Shown: positions 44,331 to 54,456, counted from the first letter of the stretch. The stretch is DNA of 64,000 bases from an uncultured delta proteobacterium (GCA_963850305.1 CAWKKR010000009.1:32001-96000), one strand, 5' to 3'. Notes: a model not told the origin generated them from the sequence alone. Translations and numbers: made by a program.

Positions 44331-45099
44331 CTGCTCTGCTTCCTTCGCTGGGTATCTGGCTCTAGCTCCGGCGTGATGGCGCCCGCTCGCGCCGCGCCGT
44401 CAAGCTCGGTGGAGAGCATCTCGACGGCCGCGCAGGCGCGGTCGAGAGCGTGCGCGACGGTAGGTAGGGATCCAGCAGGGCGCTTCATCTGCATTCGATC
44501 TACCTACGTCGACTGCTGCGCGTTCCTTCCCTCCCGCGCGGCACGCCCTGGCGGTAAGCCTCCGCACCGCCCGCGACGCAGATCGACCCGGGTGGCGGAA
44601 ACGACGGACCGCACGATCCCTGGTCCCGCGCGACGGCTTTCCGCGGCGCTACTTCACCGCCGGACCTTCCTCCGCACCTCCGCTGCCATCTTCGGCACTC
44701 CAAGATCGTTCGCGACGTAGGCCGCCATCGGCGGCACCGCGACCAAGACCCCGAACGATTCGGTGACGGTGGATCTCTCGACGCGGAAGCGGACGCTAGC
44801 CGTGAACGTCGAGCCATTCGTAGATCAACTCGTGACGTCACCAAGTAGTATCCGCGATCAACGCGGGCCAATCACCCCCACCCCCTCCGATCGGCCGAGT
44901 CCAAAGCCGTGGACTCCGCTCCATTTGACCGCCTCCTCACTTTGACCAAATGGAGCGCGCGGGACGCGATCCTCAGTTGATCAGCGCGATGGAACACGTC
45001 TACGCCGACAGGGAACTCGCGCGCCCGGGTCGCTTCTGTTCCGGCCGGCGCCGACCCGCGACCTCCTGCATCGTCACGGACGGCGCGTCTGTCGGAGGT

Positions 45100-45260
45100 G
45101 AGGAGCCGCGGCTCTTCTATTACTGGCAACGGCAGCTCTTCGAGAACGCCGGCACAACGCTCGGAACGCCTCGAAGGGGACACCGAGCCGCGAGCGCGAG
45201 CTCGAAGCCAACGTCGGCGCAGCTCGAGGCCAAGCTCGCGAAGAAGGACGCGGTGAATCC
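45100..45260 (+). pseudogene. IS3-family OrfA fragment
   Basis: LFYYWQRQLFENAG..AQLEAKLAKKDAV. Confidence 0.55.
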
Positions 45261-45309
45261 GGGCGGTGATCTTTCGGGCGCCACCTCGTAGAGGCGCCCT
45301 CGAATGGCG

Positions 45310-45630
45310 CTATGCCTTCGGCGAGCGAGAGCGACGCCCAATCCGCCCGCGCTCAGCGGCGATCGGTTCAGCATGTGGGCGACCGGGGCGCCGCCCCACT
45401 CGCGAAGCAGGTGGTGCAAACAGGTCGGAAACGCTCACATTGAAGGCTCTTGCGATTGTGACCACGCTTTCGATCGTCAAGTTACGGGCTCCGAGCTCTA
45501 CAGCGCGGTAGTCGCGTACACCCCATCCAAGCCGCTCCGCCGCAGCCTGCTGCGTCCAGCCGTGCTCCCCTCGGAGCTCGACGAGGCGGAACCCAAGATC
45601 CGCGAGCACACGAGCAAGCGGCCGTTGCAC
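45310..45630 (-). CDS. XRE-family HTH regulator
   Basis: LVELRGEHGWTQQAAAERLG..YRAVELGARNLTIESVVTIARAF. Confidence 0.85.
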   Translation of the reverse strand: MQRPLARVLADLGFRLVELRGEHGWTQQAAAERLGWGVRDYRAVELGARNLTIESVVTIARAFNVSVSDLFAPPASRVGRRPGRPHAEPIAAERGRIGRRSRSPKA

Positions 45631-45719
45631 GAGGCGGCACGTTCGCCTTGCCCCAGGCCACTAAAAAGGTGATCATGATCGCCTCGTCCGCGAGCCGAGG
45701 AGATCGGCTGGATTGGGGA

Positions 45720-47210
45720 ATGACCGCGACGGACCACGACGACAAAACGACCGAGCTGCTCGACCCCCTCGTCGCGCGGGCCCGCCAGCGCGTCGGCAGC
45801 GTGCTCAAAGAGAAGTGGCGCCTCGACGTCCTTCTCGGTGTCGGCGGCATGGCGGCCGTCTATGCAGCCACGCATCGCAACGGCAGTCGCGTGGCGATCA
45901 AGATCCTTCACCCGGAGCTGAGCGTCAGCGCCGATGTGCGCACGCGCTTCATGCGCGAGGGCTACGCGGCGAACGCCGTCGGTCACGACGGGGTCGTTCG
46001 CGTCTCTGACGACGATGTCGCCGAGGATGGGTCTGCGTTCCTCGTCATGGAACTCCTCGACGGCGAAACGCTCGAAGATCGCCGCCAACGTAACGGAGGC
46101 CGACTCAGCGAGGACGAAGTGCTCTCTGTCGCCGACCAACTCCTCGATGTGCTCGTGGCCGCGCACGCCAAGGGGATCATCCACCGAGACCTCAAGCCCG
46201 AGAACGTCTTCATTGCCCGCGATGGCCGCGTGAGGGTTCTCGATTTCGGAATCGCGCGCCTCAGGGAGATGTCCGGCGCGAGCCACGCGACGCGCACCGG
46301 CTTCTCGATGGGCACGCCCGCATACATGGCGCCCGAGCAAGCGCGGGCGCTTTGGAATGAAGTGGATGGGCGAACCGATCTGTGGTCGCTCGGTGCGACG
46401 CTGTTCTCGCTTCTTTCAGGCAGAGAAGTTCATTCCGGGCGCACCGCCAACGAGGTCCTCATCATGGCAGCGACGCAGCCCGCGCCGCCGCTCGCGTCGG
46501 TTTTACCGACGGTGAGCCCCGCAGTCGCGCGCGTCGTGGACAAGGCCGTCGCGTTCGAGCGCGAGCATAGGTGGCGAGATGCCGCGACGATGCAAGAAGC
46601 CGTGCGGTCCGCGTACCACGATCGGCACGGCACGCCGTTCCCCACGGCTTCGCAGCTCACGGTTCCGCCGACGGTCGTGAATCGGACGTTGGCTTCGGCG
46701 GCGGTGAGCGCCGTGTCACCCGGGGCACCGACAACGAACCGCGCGGTCGCGACTTCTCATATCGGTGCGTCGCTCGCGTCTCTTGCTGCGCGCTTCCCGA
46801 GCCTGAGCCCAATCGCCCTTGGCGTCGGTGGCGCTGTGATCGTCGCCGCGATTGTTGTTGGCGTAGTTCTCGTGTCAAGCGGAAGCAAAGCCCCGGCGTC
46901 ACCGGCGGCGGCGACAACGACGGTTGCCGCTAGACCCGAGCCATCGGTCCCGAGAATCGCCTCGAGCTCGCCCGCGACGGCAGCGGCTCCCGAACCGAAT
47001 GCCGCGCCGACAATCGCGGTGACTGATTTGCCGACGGAGACGGCTCCGGCGGTAACAATCGTGAAGCCGGCACCAAAGCCTCGAGTCCTGGCCCCGGCGC
47101 CTCCGACTCCGACGGCGGCAGCCGCGAAGACGGCAAAACCCGACTGTAGCCCGCCGTATGTGCTCGACCCCGTGACTGGAACGAAAAAATGGAAGCCAGC
47201 ATGTTTCTAG
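45720..47210 (+). CDS. Ser/Thr protein kinase with TM helix and Cys-bounded C-terminal motif
   Basis: GVGGMAAVY, HRDLKPEN, DFG, GTPAYMAPEQ; ends DCSPPYVLDPVTGTKKWKPACF; paralog of 1272-2717. Confidence 0.95.
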   Translation: MTATDHDDKTTELLDPLVARARQRVGSVLKEKWRLDVLLGVGGMAAVYAATHRNGSRVAIKILHPELSVSADVRTRFMREGYAANAVGHDGVVRVSDDDVAEDGSAFLVMELLDGETLEDRRQRNGGRLSEDEVLSVADQLLDVLVAAHAKGIIHRDLKPENVFIARDGRVRVLDFGIARLREMSGASHATRTGFSMGTPAYMAPEQARALWNEVDGRTDLWSLGATLFSLLSGREVHSGRTANEVLIMAATQPAPPLASVLPTVSPAVARVVDKAVAFEREHRWRDAATMQEAVRSAYHDRHGTPFPTASQLTVPPTVVNRTLASAAVSAVSPGAPTTNRAVATSHIGASLASLAARFPSLSPIALGVGGAVIVAAIVVGVVLVSSGSKAPASPAAATTTVAARPEPSVPRIASSSPATAAAPEPNAAPTIAVTDLPTETAPAVTIVKPAPKPRVLAPAPPTPTAAAAKTAKPDCSPPYVLDPVTGTKKWKPACF

Positions 47211-48070
47211 CGGCGCGAACCCGAACGGCGCTTCTCGCTGCGGCGACGATGATCGCGGCCAGATCCGGGGTCGCTGCCGAATCGGCGCCGACGAAGGCGG
47301 AATGCATCGCGGCGAGCGAATCTGGCCAGGACCTTCGCCACGCGGGGAAGCTCAACGATGCCCGCACGCAGTTCGCGGTCTGCGTGGCGGCGAGCTGCCC
47401 GGGACCGATCCGCGATGACTGCGCACAGCGCCGGAACGAGATCGCGAAGGCGATGCCTTCGGTCGTGTTCGAGGTGAAGGACGCGACCGGCAACGACGTG
47501 CCGGGCGTGGCGATTACGATGGACGGGCAGTCCGTTGCGGGCGTCGGCACGGCTATCGAGCTCGACCCCGGGGAGCACAACTTCACCTTCGAGGCGCAGG
47601 GGCTCCCGAATATCGAAAAGCGACTCTTCATTGCCGAGGGCGTGAAGCAACGGCGCGAGGTCGTCATCATGTCCCGCGGTGAGACGGCGCAGCCCGTGAA
47701 CACGGCCTCACCGACAACGGGCGAAGCGTCCGAGCGATCGGCCCCGCTGCCGACTCTGGCCTGGGTGGCGTTCGGAGTCGGTGGGGCGGGGTTGCTGCTC
47801 GGCATGACTGCCGGTCTGGTCGCCGGAGCGAAGCACTCCTCGCTTTCGAACGTCTGCAACGACACCGCCGGCACCTGCCCACCGACGTACAGCGACGACC
47901 TCGACTCGTTCCACACGTGGCGAACGGTTTCGACCGTTGGTTACGTTGTCGGCGTGCTCGGCGTCGCGGGCGGTACAGTCCTGTGGCTGACAGCGCCGAA
48001 GGCGGCGAGCACGATGACGGCGCGTGTGTGGCTCGGACCTGGGTCGGCAGGGATCGCGGGGAGGTTCTGA
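47189..48070 (+). CDS. Secreted PEGA-like kinase partner protein
   Basis: Signal peptide, Cys-containing helical domain, ITMDG..IELDPGEH, TM segments, terminal IAGRF. Confidence 0.75.
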   Translation: MEASMFLAARTRTALLAAATMIAARSGVAAESAPTKAECIAASESGQDLRHAGKLNDARTQFAVCVAASCPGPIRDDCAQRRNEIAKAMPSVVFEVKDATGNDVPGVAITMDGQSVAGVGTAIELDPGEHNFTFEAQGLPNIEKRLFIAEGVKQRREVVIMSRGETAQPVNTASPTTGEASERSAPLPTLAWVAFGVGGAGLLLGMTAGLVAGAKHSSLSNVCNDTAGTCPPTYSDDLDSFHTWRTVSTVGYVVGVLGVAGGTVLWLTAPKAASTMTARVWLGPGSAGIAGRF

Positions 48071-48528
48071 TGCGCGCGTGGTTGCCCGTCGTGCTGACGG
48101 TGCCCTTCGCGCTCGCGGGCTGCCCGGCGGTGCTTAGCGACTGGACGATCAGCGGCAGCGACGCGGGTGATGCTTCGCCCGGCGCCTCACCGAATCCGGA
48201 CGCCGGGGGAGGCGGCGCAGGGGGTGCCCTGGTCGATGCCGGGATGCCAGGCGCGTCAGGCGGCTCAGGATGTCCGACCGGCGCTGTTCGCTGCTCAGGG
48301 ATCCAACCGCAGGCGTGCATCAGCGACGTGTGGCTCGCCAATGGTTCGGCTTGTCCGGAGGCTTGCCTTAACGGCGCCTGCGCGACGCGGTCAGAAGGCG
48401 GTAGCTGCAACCCCGCGGTCTGTCCTGCGCCCGGCACCGGAACCGCTTGTTGCACTACTACCGACCAGTGCGGCACCGACTTCGGCCACGGCTGCGTACC
48501 GGCCGCGCAAATAGACGCCGGGGCCTGA
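48070..48528 (+). CDS. Cys-rich lipoprotein
   Basis: TGATG coupling to the previous gene; LAGC lipobox; Cys repeats. Confidence 0.75.
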   Translation: MRAWLPVVLTVPFALAGCPAVLSDWTISGSDAGDASPGASPNPDAGGGGAGGALVDAGMPGASGGSGCPTGAVRCSGIQPQACISDVWLANGSACPEACLNGACATRSEGGSCNPAVCPAPGTGTACCTTTDQCGTDFGHGCVPAAQIDAGA

Positions 48529-48546
48529 ATTACTCGAGGGATATTG

Positions 48547-49833
48547 ATGCGCGCGTGGCTACCAATCGTTTTCATTCTATCGGCTGCGCTCACGGGGTGC
48601 CCGGCGCTGCTCAGCGATTGGACGGTCACCGGTGGCGGCGCGGGCGATGCCGGTCGTGATGTTGCCGGTGGCGGCGCGGGCGACGGTGGCGGCAGCGGCT
48701 CGTCGGGCTCGAGCTCGACGGGCGGCGCTTCGAGCACAGGCGGAGATAGCGAAGTGGGCTCATCGTCGGGCGGCTCGACCAGCTCCGGTCCTTGCGCCGA
48801 CGGCAAAACGACGACGGACTGCACGAACCAGTGCAGTCTCGCAGGACCGGTCAAGTGCTGCTCTGGCATCGGCAAATGCGGCTGCACCTGGTCGCCGGGC
48901 GCGTACTGCACCGGCACAACGGCGAGCGGTGGAACCGATGGCGGTGCGGCGCCTCCGAGCTGCAACGGCCTTCCCGCCACGTGCGGCCCTTCGGGGAACG
49001 AGTCGTGCTGCGCGAGCCTGCTGGTGACGGGTGGGACGTTCTATCGGAGCTACGACGGCGTCAGCTACACGAGCCAAGCGTACCCCGCGACGGTGAGCAA
49101 TTTCTTGCTCGACCGGTACGAAATCACCGTGGGGCGGTTCCGGAAGTTCGTGGCGGCGTATTCGCAGAGCATGATCGTGGCTGGTGCTGGCAAGAATCCG
49201 AACAATGCCAGCGATCCCGGCTGGGACACGACGTGGAACGCGAGCCTTCCGGCAAACGCGACAGCGCTCACGACGGTCATTCAATGCAACCCGACGTATC
49301 AGACGTGGACCGCGAGCGCGGGGTCGAACGAGGACCGGCCGATGAACTGCATCGACTGGTACGAGGCGAATGCGTTCTGCATCTGGGACGGCGGGAGGCT
49401 GCCGACGGAGGCGGAGTGGAACTACGCGGCGGCGGGAGGTACAGACCAGCGGGTGTACCCGTGGGGAGCCACGGCGCCGGACTGCACTTATGCGAACTAC
49501 TATGGAGCCGCGGGCGGTACGGATTTCTGCGTGTTGCCCGGGACGGGCTCGACGAACAACGTGGGCTCGGAATCTCCGAAGGGCGACGGCAAGTATGGGC
49601 AGGCGGACCTTGCCGGCAACGTCTGGGAGTGGACGCTGGACTGGTTTGCGAATCCGTACTCGCAAACGTCCTGCACAAACTGTGCCGATACAACAGCAGC
49701 CACGTCCCGGATCCTCCGCGGCGGGAGCTTCTTCGACAGTGCGTCGTTCCTGCTCTCGTCGTACCGCGGCGACCTCGTCCCGACGTCCCGCAGCTACAAC
49801 TTCGGTTCCCGGTGCGCCAGGAGTGCGCCGTAA
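48547..49833 (+). CDS. Lipoprotein with formylglycine-generating enzyme (FGE-sulfatase/SUMF1) domain
   Basis: LTGC lipobox; FLLDRYEITVGRF, RLPTEAEW, DLAGNVWEW, RGGSF, GSRCAR. Confidence 0.9.
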   Translation: MRAWLPIVFILSAALTGCPALLSDWTVTGGGAGDAGRDVAGGGAGDGGGSGSSGSSSTGGASSTGGDSEVGSSSGGSTSSGPCADGKTTTDCTNQCSLAGPVKCCSGIGKCGCTWSPGAYCTGTTASGGTDGGAAPPSCNGLPATCGPSGNESCCASLLVTGGTFYRSYDGVSYTSQAYPATVSNFLLDRYEITVGRFRKFVAAYSQSMIVAGAGKNPNNASDPGWDTTWNASLPANATALTTVIQCNPTYQTWTASAGSNEDRPMNCIDWYEANAFCIWDGGRLPTEAEWNYAAAGGTDQRVYPWGATAPDCTYANYYGAAGGTDFCVLPGTGSTNNVGSESPKGDGKYGQADLAGNVWEWTLDWFANPYSQTSCTNCADTTAATSRILRGGSFFDSASFLLSSYRGDLVPTSRSYNFGSRCARSAP

Positions 49834-50109
49834 AAATCGGTAGGAAGAGGACACGATGGCACCGAGTCGTACGCTGGCGACGTTCAGCGATGGGTCGGCC
49901 CGTCGCGATGATCGTGAAAGGATGAGCGACGCGGACAGAGTGACCGCCCTCTCGATCAGTCGCTACACGCTCTTGGAGACTGTGGCGTTCGCTTGAAGCT
50001 TCGCTCGCCCACGATCGGACGTCGACGAATGGAACAACTTCGCGGACTTGCTCTGCGTCCGCGAGCGGGCGCGTCTTGCGCAACTTGCGCAACACGGAAA
50101 ACGAGCTAA

Positions 50110-50499
50110 ATGCCGCCCCTTCCATGGCAGCCAAAGATCTGTCCCGCACCGTCATCGAAGGCGGTCGGCGCGCGAGTAATCAGATCGACCGGCGTGCTGC
50201 GCGTTCACTTGAAACCGACCGAGCCGATCCCCGACGAGGTCCGCGCCGCGGTCCGCCACGCCGTGGGCGAGAGCCACCGGACGTGCGAAGGGTGCGGAGC
50301 TGCCGGACAACCGCGCCGGCTCCGCTGGCGTCGAACGCTCTGTGCCGATTGCGCGACGTTCGCAGAGGAGTTCGAGCGACGGCGCTTCGAGCGCACACCC
50401 GCTGACGAGGAGTGGCTGGCGCAGTTTCGAGACGAATCGGGGGGAATCCTCCACTTCGAGGACGCGCTGCGCCGGTGGCGCGCCGGGGAGAAACGATAA
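50110..50499 (+). CDS. Small zinc-ribbon protein resembling phage hypotheticals (5' end uncertain)
   Basis: GVLRVH..ESHRTCEGCGAAG..WRRTLCADC. Confidence 0.5.
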   Translation: MPPLPWQPKICPAPSSKAVGARVIRSTGVLRVHLKPTEPIPDEVRAAVRHAVGESHRTCEGCGAAGQPRRLRWRRTLCADCATFAEEFERRRFERTPADEEWLAQFRDESGGILHFEDALRRWRAGEKR

Positions 50500-50820
50500 A
50501 TGGACCAGGTCAAGGTTATTCGCGTCTGGCTCGACGACGTGCGCGACGCGCCCGACGGATGGACGCGCGTGTTCACCGCGCACGAGGCCATCTCCCTCCT
50601 CGAAGCGGGCGGCGTCGTTGAGATCAGCCTCGACCACGATCTCGGCGACGATGAGAGGCACGGGACCGGCTACACCGTTGCGTGCTGGATCGAGGAAGCG
50701 GTCGCGACACGGGGGTTCGAACCGCCGACGATCAAGATCCACTCGGCGAACAGCGTCGGGCGCGAACGAATGCAACGCGCGATCGAGAGCATCGAGCGGC
50801 TGAAGCGGCGGGAGCCATGA
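50500..50820 (+). CDS. Cyclic-phosphate-processing receiver (cREC)-like protein
   Basis: VWLDDVRDAPDGW, ISLDHDLG..GTGY, IHSANSVG. Confidence 0.8.
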   Translation: MDQVKVIRVWLDDVRDAPDGWTRVFTAHEAISLLEAGGVVEISLDHDLGDDERHGTGYTVACWIEEAVATRGFEPPTIKIHSANSVGRERMQRAIESIERLKRREP

Positions 50821-51389
50821 CCGCCCCGCGCTTCTACCTCGTCATCGATCTCGAGGCGACGACCAGCGACGACGGCTCGCTACCGCCCTCGCAGATGGAG
50901 ACCATCGAGATCGGCGCCGTGCTCGCGGACGCGCAGACGCTAGCCGTCGTGGACGAGTTCCAGTCTTTCGTGAGGCCAGTGCGGCGCCCGAGGCTTCTCC
51001 CCTTCGTGACGACGCTCACGGGGATCACCCAAGCGATGGTGGACGGCGCGCCGCTCTTCCCCGAAGCGTTCACGGCCCTCCGCGCTCGCCTCATCGACCA
51101 CCGGCATCCGCTCGTATTCGGGTCGTGGGGCCGCTTCGATCGCATCCAGTTCGAACGCGACTGCACGCTGCACGGCGTGCCGAACAACATGCCGCCGCAC
51201 CTGAATCTGAAGACGGAGTTCACGAAAGTGCAAGGGCTGAAGAAAAAGCCCGGGATGGCTGAGGCGCTGAAGCTCTGCGGCCTTCCGCTCGAGGGCGCGC
51301 ATCACCGTGGCATCGACGACGCGCGTAACATCACGCGGATGCTGCCGTGGATCGTGGGCGAACGGCGGATCGAGCAAGGCAAACGATGA
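50817..51389 (+). CDS. DEDDh 3'-5' exonuclease (ERI-1/KapD-like)
   Basis: VIDLEATT, IEIGAV, LTGITQ, SWGRFD, HHRGIDDARN; ATGA overlap with the previous gene. Confidence 0.9.
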   Translation: MTAPRFYLVIDLEATTSDDGSLPPSQMETIEIGAVLADAQTLAVVDEFQSFVRPVRRPRLLPFVTTLTGITQAMVDGAPLFPEAFTALRARLIDHRHPLVFGSWGRFDRIQFERDCTLHGVPNNMPPHLNLKTEFTKVQGLKKKPGMAEALKLCGLPLEGAHHRGIDDARNITRMLPWIVGERRIEQGKR

Positions 51390-51688
51390 GCGCGGCGACG
51401 ACCCCTTGCGGAGCGGCGGTCCGGCAAAACCGACGAACGTCTCGAGCAGCTTGAGCTGTGGTGAGCGGAGAACCGCGCCGCGCACGCTCCCGAGGCACAC
51501 GCAGTGAGGAGGGGGTCGGCCTCGGGGAGCGGAGCTCGCGTCTTCGAGCTCGGCCTAAGGGGGGTGGGGGCGGCCTGGCGCTACCGCGAGCGTAGCGCAC
51601 GAAGAAACGCTGCGCCGATCGCTTTGGAGGACGACACGCGGGCCCAACATTTCGGGCGTTGAGCGCGCGTGCGCCTCGACAGGGTTGC

Positions 51689-51874
51689 TCAGCGCGGCCC
51701 GTTGCCGCGCCCGCCACCCGACGGGTTGCCCGTCGTGCTCGGGTAGTTGCCGCCCGAGCTCCCGCCTCCGCGCGTCCCTCCGCCGCCGGAGCCGCCCTTG
51801 CTCCCGCCGCCGGAGCTGCCGCCCTTGGAGCCACCACCACCCTTGCCACCGCCGCCGCCTTTTCCGCCGCTCAT
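51689..51874 (-). CDS. Gly-rich microprotein (61 aa) ending NYPSTTGNPSGGGRGNGPR
   Basis: AAAGGA RBS before the ATG; clean ORF. Confidence 0.6.
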   Translation of the reverse strand: MSGGKGGGGGKGGGGSKGGSSGGGSKGGSGGGGTRGGGSSGGNYPSTTGNPSGGGRGNGPR

Positions 51875-52144
51875 TTGGACCGATCCTTTCACGAGGGCAG
51901 AAAGCCCGCCCTGATACCGGTCTGACGGTGCGTCACGGGCACGGATTCACCGATGCGGCCCAGCGCGCTTGCATCGCGACCGCTGGCGTCCCGATCCGAA
52001 AGCCGTCGGGGGGCGGCTGGCTCCGGGATCCGGGCACTCATAGTTAGCTCGTCGAGCCCGAGCCCAGAAGACGGCCTGCTTGTGCCCGAACAAAAATCGC
52101 GTACAGTAGTGAATGTCCGGCGCGAGCGCTCCGTCGTACTGATT

Positions 52145-52270
52145 GCCCGCGGAGAGGCTTCGTATCTCCGATGAAAAGCCCGCGGAGAGGCTTCATATCT
52201 CCGACAAAGCCCGCGGAGAGGCTTCGTATCTCCGACAAAGCCCGCGGAGAGGCTTCGTATCTCCGACAAA
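52145..52270 (+). repeat. Four tandem 31-33 bp repeats GCCCGCGGAGAGGCTTCGTATCTCCGACAAA
   Basis: Units at 52145, 52178, 52209, 52240; internal inverted repeat CGGAGA..TCTCCG. Confidence 0.95.
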
Positions 52271-52309
52271 GCCCCCGGTCGGCTTCGGTCGAACGGGGGC
52301 GCACTTTTG

Positions 52310-52465
52310 CGTGCTGGAGTTGCGAGTTGCGATCGTCGTGAGCTCGAGCTCGGCGAGCGTCGTCCGCGTGCGCGGTCGCCCCGGACCGCGGCGTTCCGAG
52401 CCGTCATACTTCGCAGCCACCAGGTTCCGGTACCAGCCGAGCAGAGTGTCCGGGCGAGCAAGTGC
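52310..52465 (-). pseudogene. Fragment of an integrase-core (rve-type) transposase
   Basis: LARPDTLLGWYRNLVAAKYDGSERRGPGRPRT. Confidence 0.6.
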
Positions 52466-52469
52466 TCCA

Positions 52470-52555
52470 AACCCCGTCCCCGTCGTCGACCCGCCGCTCC
52501 CCGCCGTCCACGACGGCCCCGGGCCGTCAAGGACGGGGATTTTCGGTACATTTTG
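52470..52555 (+). repeat. Terminal repeat R, copy A (inner side shortened)
   Basis: AACCCCGTCC..GACGGCCCCGGGCCGTCAAGGACGGGGATTTTCGGTACATTTTG. Confidence 0.95.
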
Positions 52556-54017
52556 AGCGCGCGTGCAGAGTCGCGAGGAGGAGCATCTGGGAGCCGCGCG
52601 CGGGTTCGGTCGATCTCGGGAGGGGTCGCTTCAAGAACGCGATGCAGAGCCGCGGGTGTGCGCGCAGTGTCGCCTCCAGATCCACGAGCGACCCGGGCAG
52701 GGTCTTGCTGGGCGGCAGAGGACGTTGGACGAGCATCGGCCGGACGTCGTTCGACAGCAGGCTGCAGACTCTGGCAGGCGGCACTCGCGCGGCGAGAGCC
52801 TGCCAGCGTGGCGCGGAGAATTCTCTGGGTAGTCGCGCCGACGGGAAGTGGGCATTCGCTGCCGACGCGAAGCGGCACAGGCAGACCAGGCCGAGAATGA
52901 CGATGGGCCCCGTGAACGCGAGTTGCCATTTCGTCCGGGCGCGGCCGACGACGCGGCTGGCGAGGACGGCTCCCAACGCCCACGTCGGCACCCAGAAGCG
53001 GACTTCGGTCAAAGGATTGAAGTCGCTGAACGTCGCTGCAACGACCATCGTCGCGACGTAACCCGCGAAGGTGAGGGCTATCAGGCGCACGTAGTTCGAG
53101 CGCCAGATGCGCATGCCGACGCACAGCACGCAGAAGCACAGGACCGGCACGGCCACCTCGAGGCGTTCGGTCCATGACGGTCGTCCGGGTAAGAGCCCGG
53201 CATCTGCGAGCCACTGCACGGAACCCGCGGCCGCGCGCACGATGTTCTCGTGAAATCCGTTGTAGTGCACGCTCCGATCCCCCATGAGAGATCCGGAGAC
53301 GAGTCGATTTCTGACGAGAAGCGGTACGGTGACGGCTGCGAGCGCCGCAAACAGCGGCACGAACTGCGTCAGGCGGGTCCAGAGGGAGCCGCGGCGCGCC
53401 GCGAGGAGCCCGAGGACGACTCCCAGAATGACGCCCTGGCCGGCGTAGCGGAACAGAAACGTCACGCCGAGCGCGACGCCACAGGCCACCTGAAGCCGGG
53501 GTCGTCTCTCTCGGACGAGTGCCGTTGCTAGCAGGACCGAGCAGAGCGTCGCGGCGGCAAAGGGCAAGTCGCTCAGCACGGCGTCGACCGTGACGAGCGT
53601 GCTCGGCTGAAGCGCGACGCAGAGCGTGAACAACGTGACGACGGGCCACGCCTTTGCCCCAGCAACGCGGCACCCGAGGCCGAAGAGAGCGGCAACGAAG
53701 ACGACATACGCGATGCCGAGGACCACTGGCGCCCCTGATAGCGGACTTGCCCCGAACCATACAGGCACGGCCAGGCACGCCGAGAAGGCTGGGGGCCACG
53801 GCGTGATGGGGTCGAAGGCACTCGACCCGACGAGCGCGCCGCGGGAGGTGACATACCCCTCGAAAGCTGCCAGGTATCGAGCGCCATCGATGTACGTCGC
53901 GCTGTCCCACGAAGCGCTTCCGCCCGGCCCCCACAGCCACGCGACCCAGATCGCGACGGCGATCGTTCCTACACCCGCCGCCGCAGCCCTCATTCGGTTC
54001 GATGATGCACGAGTCAC
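52527..54017 (-). pseudogene. Multi-TM GT-C/PMT-like membrane protein, 3'-truncated by repeat R
   Basis: SWDSATYIDGA, WPPAFS, VLSDLPF, FRYAG; final residues KCTENPRP* are encoded by R. Confidence 0.7.
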
Positions 54018-54021
54018 GGGA

Positions 54022-54456
54022 TCAAAGAGGTGCGGATTCCTGGCCTCCCAAGAGATGCGTCATCGCAGAAAGTAGCGGATCGAGCGCGGTTGGCTTGGTC
54101 AAAACGGCGTCGAAAGGGCCGCGTTCGCGCTCGCCGAGCGGGCGACCCGTGAGCGCGATGAGCCCAGTCGCGTGCGTGTCTTCTTGGGCCCGGAGCGCAT
54201 GAGCGACGTCGATGCCGGACATGCCCGGTAGCGTCACGTCGAGGAGAATGAGCCGAGGATGTCGTGAGCGCGCGAGCCGCATCGCCTCTTCTCCGGTCTC
54301 CGCCGTCATCACGTCCCAGCCCCCGAGGCGGAGAAGCTCCGACAGGGCTTCGCGAGAATCCGCGTCGTCGTCCACGATCAGTACGCCGACGCCTCCGCCT
54401 GCGTTCTTCTCGAAGCGCGACTCATCCACGACGCGCTCCTGGCCCATGCCCGACAC
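54022..54456 (-). CDS. Single-domain response regulator
   Basis: VLIVDDD, ILLDVTLPGMSG, IALTG, LTKP. Confidence 0.9.
   Translation of the reverse strand: MSGMGQERVVDESRFEKNAGGGVGVLIVDDDADSREALSELLRLGGWDVMTAETGEEAMRLARSRHPRLILLDVTLPGMSGIDVAHALRAQEDTHATGLIALTGRPLGERERGPFDAVLTKPTALDPLLSAMTHLLGGQESAPL

Noticed and set aside
48547..49833. Diversity-generating retroelement target (FGE/CLec domain)
   Set aside because: No reverse transcriptase and no template repeat of the 3' end were found in the window
52145..52270. CRISPR array
   Set aside because: Repeats are head-to-tail with no spacers and no cas genes are present
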